This document shows, piece by piece, positions 36,901 to 48,900 of a stretch of DNA of 64,000 nucleotides. Under the pieces are notes generated by a model. The model saw nothing but the letters and a program-made list of their open reading frames with translations. It made no database searches and was not told the DNA's origin. Position 1 is the first letter of the stretch. Each line of letters begins with the position of its first letter. The stretch spans positions 2,137,000-2,200,999 of the forward strand of contig CM082587.2 of assembly GCA_040954595.2 (NCBI GenBank). The letters are read 5' to 3'. Source of the stretch: Balanoglossus misakiensis (taxonomy: Eukaryota > Animalia > Hemichordata). The position numbers were made by a program, and so were the translations under genes.

Positions 36901-39900
36901 AAGTCAATGGCAGGAACTGAATCATGGGAGAAGGGAAACTGGAGCCCAATGTTAGCAGGGACAGTAGAAGTCTCGCTTGGGTCATGTCGTATCTAGTCTA
37001 GAATCTAGCCAGAAATTGTAAGGTTAGATTCTAGACCAGGTCATATATCATATATGTAAGAGAAGGACTTAGACTATGTGCACTAGGGGTAGTTTTGCTG
37101 TATGTCTACAGCTGGTTGATTTCATTACACTCTGAGACAATATTACGATAATTTTTGTCTTTGAAGTGAATATCGCAAAGCTTGCAAACGGTAGCTTCCA
37201 GATTATATTTCTTTTTGAAATGAATATCACAAAAATGTAAACAGTGGCTGCCAAAAGTATGTAGAATTCAGATATCTATTTTGATAGAGTGAGTGTCTTT
37301 CAGCCTTTTAAGTCTGTCACATTCTTAAGAGGGCATGAGTATTGGCAGTGAGTATTTACAAACAGTCATTGCAAGTGACTGCCCTAGATTTACTTATACT
37401 GCAAAATGTCACGTTGACTTTCTTCACGACTGAAGGATGTTTGAAACAAAATTTGTCCAATGTTACATGAGCTGCTTATCAGTTTCTTACATTTGCAAAA
37501 TGAGGGAACTTTAAATAGTTTCAGCTCCCCGGTTGTAGCTTTCTCAGAAAATGATCTTTCCTCAGGAAAGTAGCATTCTCTAGTTCAGCAGAAGTGTACA
37601 ATCAATCAGAACAAAGTTGACAGTTCTTGAAAGGGGTTTGAGATGACTTTACTGCGTGAGAACAACTAGTATCTGTCCTTGTGATGACTTGCTCTTCAAA
37701 CTTCAAACATTCCTTCCATATATCTTTATATGATGGAACGAAATACTGCAGTGCTACACAAAAACATAAATGCCAGCATCTGCTTGAAGTCAATCAGATT
37801 AAAATGACCCTATTTTGATTAAACCATGTGTTAACTTTATATTCTGGTATGTGTGACTTTTTATTGGGCAGTGCAAAATTACTGTGGGGATAAAACAGTG
37901 ATTTGGGATTCAGAGTGTGAGGAATTCCAAGGATAGATGCAGGCTGTGTGAGTTCCCCTGTGTATGACCTTAAAGAAAGGTAGAGTCATTCTAAGAGAAG
38001 GAAACAGCCTCAGAAATGCAGTATATGGCAGTATATGGCCAAAGAATGTGATGAAAAAGTCTTGTTTGTGATCAACCATATTTCCTGAGAATTGCAGCAT
38101 TGTCCACAAAGTGGGTGTATCCGGTTCTTTTCAGATGATTTCTTCTAAAGATGACTTCATCCAACCGTTTAGCACACTGGTATGAATCTGGCTGACCAGT
38201 TTCGCTGACCTTAACCTGTTTGAATTTTCAATGTCAGCGTTTAGGCCGGAGATCCCCACTGTGTAGCAGGGGAATGACCTCCTGGTGTGAAAAAGAATTT
38301 GCAAGTGTGAATTTACAGCTTGGGTACCTGATTCCTAACATGCATGACATGGTACACATAAGGTCTGTCTAGACTTGGTTTCTGAATCAGTGGTGTGGAA
38401 AGTCATCAGTCTTAAGACTGTCTTGGCCTCTACACATGAAGAAGCTGCTTACAAAGAAAATCCTGTGTTTTTAGCCATTTTATACCTTCTTAGAACCATC
38501 TGGGATTATGAATAGTTTTATAGAATGTGTTCTTTCCATTCACATAATATCCCACTTATCACTAGGTAGATGGAAGACGGCCTTTTTGTTGTGGTGTTTG
38601 TAAGGTCACTGAGCGGTCAACCACCAAGTACCGCTGTGGGCCAACCCCCCACTCAGTTAAGGTTATTTCCCGTGACGCAACTTGCAAATACGTTGGCGTT
38701 CAAAATAAACATCTGATCATTGTTCAGCGAGGTTAAACATCTTCAGACTGCTCTGAGACTGCCATGAAAAGCTGTGTAGCTGATCACTAGTACTTTGATA
38801 GGACAGTCTGGTGATCCAACGGGGACTATGTCATTGACAACAATATTAATTATGACTGTTGCCCCTTTGATCATTCAGCTGCTTTCAAAAACTTATATGA
38901 GGCATAAATCTATCATATTTACTTGGAAGCATGCATCCTTTATTTTTATATTTCTGTAGTAAATTAATATAGCACAATGCTCAAAAGAAATATTTACAAA
39001 ATAATTGGATCCAGATGACTTACTTCACAGCAATATAGTAACGCATACTTAGCTGGCGACATTATTAGTCTATGGCTTGAACTCTGTGTACTTGTAAAGC
39101 AAGAGATAAATTAACTCTATTGAACATAAATTAAAAAGATCTTTCTAGCTAATTTAATGTCATCATACCTGACCTTAATATGTGTCTGTGACCAGTGTTG
39201 TAATATGTCATCATCCTAGCTGTCAGGCAAGAATTGTATTCGCTATCGTCAAAGTTTGGGGTGTCCTATCCATGTGATAACTCTATTTGGATGATGATAA
39301 GAGTTGCCCTAAGGGCAGTTACATTGTGAAGACCAGTGGAACCTAGTCCACTAGTAGTGTAGTATTCAAGAGAGAGAGAGAGAAAGAACACAGTGAAAAA
39401 TCGCTCTAAAATTTTCTGATTTCCGGTAAATCTGCTCAAGTTAATGCTAATATGATTCTTGTCAGTAATGTTGGTATGAAAGCATCCATAATCCAAGCTT
39501 GGTATTCAGAATCATTGGGGTGCTGAGCTGAGCCATCGAGCTACCACTTGTGGTAGCTCCATGGCTGAGCTTAGGATGGACTTTGAAGCCATTTGCTATT
39601 TACTTTACGTGATCAAGATAAAGCCAATTTAATGCAAATATAGTGTACAGTTACTGAAATTTACATAAGTAGTTGAAAACCACAATTTATAGTTTTTAAA
39701 AGTATCCACCTTTGGATCATTATGATGTCCCATTGACTTCAACACAAGAACATAAGATTTGCTTGATTGAGAAATACCAAGGTAAATCTTATGTTGGTCA
39801 CGTTGACACTTATGTGCTATGTAAATGAGTTAATGGTATCTTAATTTGAAAATGTCAAATTGCATAAGACATGAGTACACATGAGTTGTTAAATTACACC

Positions 39901-42900
39901 AGACAGTTCTAAGTGTTGGCATTTTTGCAAATGGACTAGACAGCTTACTTTATTGCAAAATCTTGAGTGCCCATAATTATATTGCCCATAATAAAAATAT
40001 GAGTTATGATACATGACGTGGAAGTTTTCTGAGCAGGCAGGTTTGCTTTGAACAGTGTCTGTATTGCTATGCTGGGTTGTACTGTAAACTGTTGTCAGGA
40101 TTTTTAAAGACCTCATAGTGTGCATGGCAGAGTATATAATTGCAGTTGTTTTTAACATAGTCAGGATGCAAAAGACACATGCGAGTGCTTGTATATTATC
40201 AAAACGGAAAAAAAAAAGTGTTTCAAACCAGACACTTTGAGCATATAGATTACAAGTTTGTGTGTACATACAGTAGTAAGATTATTAGCTAAGTGTTAAT
40301 GCATACCGCAGTGGTTTTTAAAATATTTTCCCACAGTCAGTCAGTGCATAGCTGTTCGAAGTTGATCTGTTTTTAATTGGCATGTGTCCAATGGCTAGGT
40401 CAGAGATTGTGAGTGTCCCCATGCCAACACATTTGGAAGTTGTTGCTGTCGTAAATTCTCCGTTGTGAACTTTGGTAAATTGGTTATTTATGGCCTGGTG
40501 TTCCCTTCCATTCTGTGCCCAACATGCTGATGCATTTCAGGGAGAAGTTGCCATATGTTCAAAATAGTTTCAAGGAGCAATGCACTGCAGGGGCTGATTT
40601 GCCAAATCTTATGAATGCTTTGTTGTTAATACAGATTTGATCCCCATCTATTTTGCACCGACACATGTCAGTGAGAAGTTGCCATATGTTTAAGATCTAG
40701 CAATTTCTCAGCAGTTGTAATATCGCATCGTAAATTCCAGGACTGAAAAATGGCTACAGGGTTTGCTGTGTTTCTGTGCATTGATCCTGTTAATAAGTAT
40801 GATTTAACTCAAATATGTAACATCACAGTTGGGTGATTTCATTTGATACATTGGTACACGTATGAATGAATGAATGATGGATGGATGACTGACTTTAATC
40901 AACAGTTATGAACTGCATATTTGTACTGTGTTAACATAATAACCTTGTGTGCTTTCTTGACTTCATTATTAAATTGTTCAGTGAGGAACTGTGGAGTACA
41001 TTTCAATCCTACTTGATGGGGGAATTTTAAGTAAATATGCCCACAAACAATAAATGATTGTGTGTTTTCACATATCTTTAGTCATGAGTGCTTCACCTCT
41101 TAACCTTTTCACCTCCCCCAAAAATGGTTCCGTCTATAACACTGGTCCAACTTTAAAGTTGATGGCTAACTTTGTATGGGAGTTATAAACCATAATCCAG
41201 TGTTTCTTCTATTGCTATGACTGCATTTATATACTATTAACGTAGGAAAAATTCCCTGTGTTATACCCCACATGAAATTAACACAGGCAGTCTGGTTACT
41301 ATTACTGAAGTTTGAATCAGGATAACCATACACAGCTAATTAACGTTGACAGAAATAGAAAACATGTACGATATAAGTTTCATGATATAGTATATTTGAT
41401 ACAAGTAGTAATCAGCAAGTGTATGACTCCTGTACAGTTCAAATCTGCTATGGACAAAAATCATGTACCGTATATCTACATTTGTACATATCATACTATT
41501 TATTTATCAAAATGACCAAATGATATACAACACAGTGAAACATTGTTGAATCTGTTGTGGTATTGGATAGTGTATGATGGTATCAGTTACATTGAACAAA
41601 GAAAACATCTGTATTAGGTATATAAGACATATGGTGCAGCTCTGGTTCACAGAAGCCTGTTGGGAAGTCATCCAGAACTAGCACCAGAACCGTACCTGTT
41701 TTACAACTGTAGGTATGTCAACTATCAGAAGTTATCACTATCACAGTGTTGCAGGAAGTCTGATCTTTGAACAGTCTTCAAAATATTTACAGTTGACTGC
41801 TGAAACAAGCAACAAGATCTCTGAACTTCAGTTTTGAATATTCTAGAAAGAGCTATGTTGTAGGACTACAGTATAGCTTCAAACTTTCCATATGTAAACA
41901 TTGTTGGCAGTGGTATCATGCCTTGATAAGTTAAAGAAAATATTTGAAAAGCAAGCATCTCACTAAGTTTTTACCAGCAGTTGTAAATTGAGCTCAGACA
42001 GCACAACAATTGGCTGTACTTCACAAGCAAATCTGTGTTTTGTATCAGAATATGTGTGTGGTCATACAGACACCAGCAATGCTGAAGAGTTACAGAAAAA
42101 TGCCGAATTAATATAAGGGCTTTTTGTATCAGTTGATAACCTTTAACCATCCAGATAATCCCTCATCTAGCATCCTGTTCCCATTAAATTTTGTTATCTT
42201 GTTATTCTCTCTTGTCGGTCAGTCACACATGCCAAGATGTTAGTTCGGCACAGAAAAGGGCAAGAACTTTATATGATTGATTGCGTTTGATAAACTGAAT
42301 TTAAATCATTATGATGTTACTCTGAAATATTGAACATCTAAATCTCCTCGGATACAAAGTTACAGTGGCCTCTTTTCTAAGTCTGACTTTCTTGGCTCTG
42401 GACCAGATAATTGGCCAAAGTTGCTGATCTTCAGACTGTCAAAGTAGCACATATCCATCCTTGGGCTAGGCTGTTCGAACCTGAAGTAGCATATCTTCTG
42501 GATGGTCAGTTGGAACCAAAATCATCCAACCAAGTACCAGACAGGACACATTTATTGATTGTTTTCGCAATCAAAATTAATATGCTGTCACTGTGCTGTC
42601 ACTTACACTCAGACCAACCACATATCATGTAGGCTGCATTCTGTATCTATAGACATTACTGTCACGATATACACACAGAAGGTCAATGTCAGATGTGTTC
42701 CTTTGTATGTCAAGTGTAAATACCAGTGTTAATCATGTTGAAGTTGCGCATGGTATTTGAATGCACATGGTAATGCAGTTAGCTCTTCATACTATTTAGA
42801 TCAGAGTATTGTCTCAAAATATTCGGTCTTGTATAATTTGCTGAGTGACATATACCACAAACAGAATAAAGTGCTGAAAGTGTCAATGCTGATTTTGTCA

Positions 42901-45900
42901 AAGTGGACAAAATCATCTACAGTAGCATCAACAGACATCATGGACATATCTGAACTGAACTGAACCAAATGACATCATCCTGAAAGCTTTTAAGTCTCCA
43001 AACCATAAGAGGGATTCCATCCAATAGGAAAGCATGTGAAAGAGAAACGTCCCCCATCATGCAGAGATCTGAATTCCAAAGCAATCTAAAGTGGAATGTA
43101 GTTCTTGAGAGCTGCTACATGTAGGGGTCGGCCTTGGCCACAGTGAAGAGTATCTTCAAGGAATTTTAGTCTACATGTACAATGTAAGATGTCAACAAGG
43201 CTGTGACAACACTGTGCAATCACAAAAATAAACATACTTTCTACACAAGAGCATCAAATCTTCAACCAGCAAAATACTAATTTTATTGCATATTGTGCAT
43301 TATTATTACAGAGATTGGTCCAATCACAATTACGACAGATCCAATTAAGTTCCAAAGGGATCTTCGAGATCTGTACGTGCAGGGTGGGGGTGATTGTCCA
43401 GAGATGAGTGTTGGTGCAATAGAACAGGCATTACAGATCAGTTTACCAAGTTCCTTCATTTACGTCTTCACTGATGCCAGATCGAAAGATTACAATGTAA
43501 CAGAAAATGTGCTCAAGTTGATTCAAGAAAAGCAAAGTCAGGTGAGTGACACATCATATCTTTTTGATTTTAGGTTCAGTATTTAACTTTCATATTTCAG
43601 ATTATTGCAAATAAAAATATTTATAATGTACTTTATTTTTTAGGTTGTATTTGTCATGACAGGTGATTGTGGAAATCGCTCACATGTAGGTTTCAAGGTG
43701 TATGAACAGATTGCTGCAACAAGCTCAGGACAGCTGTTCATGTTAAACAAATCGGATGTTGATCAGGTAAGTTTTGACGATTAAAAGCGATAAATGGTCA
43801 AGGTATGCAATCCTGCAATCCCACAGCCTTCATGAAGCGAGGTTAGTTTTCTGCATTCTTACTGATCCTATTCCTAAGTACAAAACTGTGGCAAGTCAAA
43901 TAAACACGTTGCTCTGTCTTTTTCTCTAAAACATCCCCTTTGTAATGCAAGATCAAAAGCATGCCACCCAGATGGAGGACATTAGTACTTGACATTGAAC
44001 CAGACATTTTGTAGGTATTATTGATGAACACCTCAAGGCAATTTATTCATGTGTCTTTTAACGGTAAGCTTATATAAGAGGCAGATCTTTGAACCCCACA
44101 ATGTGTTGGCCTTGGTCGCATCAATGAAAGATCAACTTCTTTGCTGCGAAGGACAGTGGAATAGTCTTTTCTCACACTCCTGGCCTCTGGTGAAATGAAC
44201 AAAAGTCTCACCACGACTTGTATATTTGTGAATTGTCTGATGAAATTGAATATATGGTGGTCCTTATGAGAACTGCTCAAGAATTCTTCAAGGGAAAGGA
44301 TAAGTCATGGCCAATAAACTGCTAGACAATTACAGTGAAGTGCGTTGTGCACTGATCAAGCTCAGCCATTACAAATCTCTGTACCGGTATATGTATGTAC
44401 CTAGAAGGGCACCTTTGACAGTTTCCAGATAATTGTTTACCGACAGTGTCAGAAACTATTATGTTTTGTGTATTTATAAGCTGTCAGGTTTGATCCATCG
44501 GGCATGTTTTGCTGTTCTGTATTATACATAACATGAGGTAAATGAAATAAGCCTTCGGGTAATGTCTTGCAGATCAACTGTCAGGGTATTGGCTTTCGTA
44601 TCAAGAAGTTGTTGAGTATTTCCCAAGGGTAGAACTTGATATTTCAGTTTCTCAGACTGAAAGATTTAATGGTCTTATCACTCAGAGCACTCTCTATGAT
44701 CCGGCTTCTGTTAAGAGCGGAATCATAGAAGTCCATTTCTGATATTTTCTGTGTATAAGAACCTTTGTATTGCTAAACTTTACTTGTGAAAAATTGTAGT
44801 GACTGGCTGATAGTCCGCTGTGAGGAAATCCACTACTTGCTGAACTATTACCTTTGGAATGATATGCACTGCTGCATTGCTGTATGGTAGAAAAGAAAAG
44901 GCATGGAGACTGCATTGACAAGTGTTTGACAATGTCTACAAGTGTGTCTGTGATCACAGAGACCCGTGCTAGTCTGTGCTAGGGAGTAATATCACTGACA
45001 GAAAACACACATATCTCAAATAAACAAATGAATTTGATGGGTATATTATTGAGAAACGCCTGGCGTTTGTAGTGGTTAAACACTGGGCAGATAACTTCGG
45101 GTTCTGACACACTATTACATAAACATTGTGAAATATGGGTGGAAGGAGTCCAGGTCAGTGAGGTGCCTGTGCATTCATGTCCTCTGTAACATTGCCCTTT
45201 TGCTCAGTGAGCCCGGGTTACAGAGTCACTTGTCCGCTGGGTGATTTATTATAAACAGGTGTATAGGTTTCATTCATTGATGTCCTCATAAACTGCTCGT
45301 GCTGGTGTCCCATCTCGTGCTTGTCGGAATAAATTTTCAGCTTGTTGGGTTTTCTGAATGAGCTGTTTCTTTGGTCGTTTTTAAAACTTTTGCAACCGTT
45401 GTACACAGATTAGAGACGTTTGAAAAACACTTAACTGTGTGCATGTGAACATTGGATCAATTTATCCTCTTTTGGACAGATGTAACATATTAGCTATGCA
45501 TGTACAACAAACATTAGAAGTGTGCCCTGGCCTTACACTGTATAGTTAAGAGATATATGGATCAGGGGGGCAGTGCTCTAACTCATTTGAGATAGATGGA
45601 ACGTGACGGTACATGGAAGACAAACGTCATGCTCTGCTGCTCATGAAAATAGATGTCATGACCTTCTGATGTTATTCCTCTGTGAAACGTCCTTTCTTGT
45701 TGCACAGACTGTGTTTGTTACGTGGTTTATCAAATCAAGTCGTTGGTACAGTCTCTATTAAACAACAATCAAAACAGTCGTCACTTTCACTGTTTACATG
45801 TCGAAGAACCAGCAGACAAACTGCACGTCACAGAGCTGGCCAAATAAGCTAAAAAAAATCATGCCAGATAAAAATATGTCTTTGCAGTCAGGGAAATATA

Positions 45901-48900
45901 CAAACAACATTCTACAATTTAGTGAAACCTGCATCACTTGTTAACAGAATCTCTATTTTCATCTCCATTTCCTTGATAGGTGTTGAACTTTGTGCGTTTG
46001 TCAGTCCAGTCAAGAAAAGTGTACCTTGTCAATTTGAATGACATATCCAGTGGTTCAAAAACACATATAATACCAGTTGATCCAGCGTTACGAGAAATAA
46101 CAGTATCTGTCAGTGGAGACAATCCCTCCATTCATCTAGAAGATCCAATGGGTAAGTGTTTAACATTGTTGTACGCAAATAGAACATTGTACATCAATTT
46201 GTCTTGGACAAACTTTGGATTTATACCTGTGGATTAAATGCTCTTTATGTGAACTTCAGGATTATGGTATTTAGATATTGACTTTTTGGAATCTGTTCCA
46301 TTTTCAGGGCGAATCATCACGAAAGCAGACGGTTTGATGAATTTATTGTCAATTAATAACGGGCGTGTAGTATCGCTGAAAACTCCGAAACCTGGACTTT
46401 GGAAATTGATAGTGAACAGTGACTCAACCCATACTGTCAGAGTTACCGGATTAAGTTCTCTGGATTTTGTGCCAGGATATTCCAGATCAAAAGTTGTGAA
46501 AATATCCCTGACGAGACAGAGACCAATTGCTGGTAAGAGATAGGAGCGCTTTTCTGTTCCTGATCTGGGTAGCTGCTTGTATGAGTGTTAAGTAATTCCC
46601 CAGTGCTTCATGTAATCTGTCTTGCAGTGGTTCTTTTAAAGGAGAGTCTGATCATATACCATTAAAGGTACACAGTCACCTCCAATTTATATACACCTAT
46701 ATGGCTGAAATGGAGTATTTGAGCGTTCTAAAGAACATATGGTGGCGCTCCTTTTTTCGCGTGTGCCACCCACTGAAAATCTGTGATTGGCTAGATCTCA
46801 ATTTGCCATGGTAACTATAGATAATTTTCCGTAGGTGACCGTATACCTTTAACTAAAAGAAATCTCACCCACCCATGTACATTATTTACTACCACAGGTA
46901 TCCCAATGCACTTGATACTGAACGCTACCGGCTTGGACCCACCTGGTGCATTCACCAAAGTGGAACTGGTCAACTATAAGGGGGAAACCATTCGCGAGTT
47001 TCCATTGCAGAGGAATCGCTCCAATCCATCATTGTACATTGTACCCAAGTTTCTGCCTCCGGATGAGTTTTTCTTTGTGCGAGTCACTGGTTATGACAAG
47101 GAGAACTACAAGTTCCTGAGACTCAATCCCGCTGCTGTCACTCCAGAAATTCCAAGTAAGTCTCGACGTAAATACTGGTGGGTGGTTTCTCTGATCATTT
47201 TGCAGGAGAATAAAAATAGTTCGTAATAATTGTAGTTTTTGGATCAAGAAGGTTCAGCATAAATTTGATTGTCACTTTGTGGACAAAGTTGTGTTTGTCC
47301 GTATGCACTTCATAACTTGTACAAGTTTATATGTCTTTGTTTCAGCAACACCGGTTGTTAGTATGGCTGAAAGGACGGCTGGTTATTATGGACAAGTAGC
47401 AACTCTGACATGCCATGTGGACAGTTTGGTTCCATACTCTGTTCAGTGGACAAAGAATCGTCTTGCCCTAGCACCTTTGCTGTTTATTGAGTGAGTACTT
47501 TACCAGTAGTGTAGTGCCTAACATTTCTGAACCACGAGTGAGTTTTAAAAGCTGTAATAGTATTCTGTGAAAGGAGTGGATTATTTTCTCAGTATTATTA
47601 AAAGTCCAAGGACGATTTCAAAACTTTCATGTTTGCATTGTGGTACTCCAGTATAATGACCATCATCAGAGAAAGATTTTGCAGTCCAGAATGTTTACTC
47701 TTGGGGCATCAAGAGAGTCTTACCCTGATTTTGACGGTATTTTTTCTATCATTACAGCGACTCTACGAGTGTGACTTTTAATATCAGTAATGCGAATGCC
47801 CTTTCTGAAGGTTATTATGAGTGTTCTGCAACCAACCCTGCTGGAAGAGGAAAGGCCACCACATTCCTGGATGTAACTGGTAGGTGCATTGTGTCTAGAT
47901 TGATGGGAACTTCCTTAAAACTACTGATACACGAAATCTGAATCAACGGATCTCTGTCTGTACTTGAGTTGTAATGTCATGCCATGTATCCTGATGATAA
48001 AACTGGAGAGATTTTGCTCTGTTCACGTTCACACGCCAGTTGGGTTCATTTTAATTTCCGGATTGTAAAAGAAAAATTCAGCCACACCCAAAGTTATTTT
48101 GCCTGAATTCCCCCTTCTCATGTAGAGTTCATAGCTGCGTCCCGGATTTGCCGTAGTTTCATAGCTGTGGCGGTCTAATCTTGAGCACAATTGAAACTTG
48201 GAGAGGAAACATCTGTTTTGCAGAAATGAAACCCATACTCTTAAAGATAACAACCAATGGGAAATCTGCCTTGTAAAGGCAGTGTTACTCTCACTTGGTA
48301 TGAAGGCATCCTTTATATATATTTTCATGGTCACCTTTATTGTACATGGTACGGATGGACATTGAAAACAAGTGTGCCATCACGTGGTATTAACAAGAGT
48401 GCCATTTTACCAGACTGTGTGATTTTAAAGTTGCAGCCTCTTTTTTCAACTGATTGTGTCTTCATATCAGTAGTGTGTGAACCATGTGAGCACTGCCAAC
48501 TCCTCTTGTAATGGTTGTATCAGGTGCTCATTTTATTTTAACAACAATTTCTCAAGTGACGTAGTGTCACCTTTTATCTTTTTGCATATTAGAACCCCCA
48601 CCTGATATAGAGGCGCCACACAATGTCAGTGTGTTACCCGGTGGCACAGTGGTCTTGTCGTGCGAAGTGTTCAGCTCTGTGCAGTTCAATATGACTTGGA
48701 GTAAACCTGGCAGTCTGGTGGCCCTGTCAAGACATACCAGGGTTACCCTACGCTCTGACAATGCCTTGGAAATCAGGGATGCAACTCAAGGGGATAATGG
48801 TCATTACAGATGTACAGCATCCAACGAGGGAGGCTCAACTTCAAAAGATATCTTCCTTATGGTGCAAGGTATGTTGGGTTGTGAAAAGGATGGCTTTTGT

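Noticed and set aside
40542-40690. 18-bp direct repeat GAGAAGTTGCCATATGTT as a retro-insertion TSD
   Set aside because: The enclosed 113 bp has no poly-A tail or Pol III boxes, and similarity extends upstream. More likely an old local duplication.
31311-43311. Nested gene within the 12-kb hemicentin intron 1
   Set aside because: Only short ORFs with no recognisable domains were seen, and no tRNA, snRNA or transposase could be supported by eye.
43371-43380. TGATTGTCCA matching the start of miR-219
   Set aside because: It lies in a coding exon (GDCP), the match stops after ~10 nt, and there is no hairpin.
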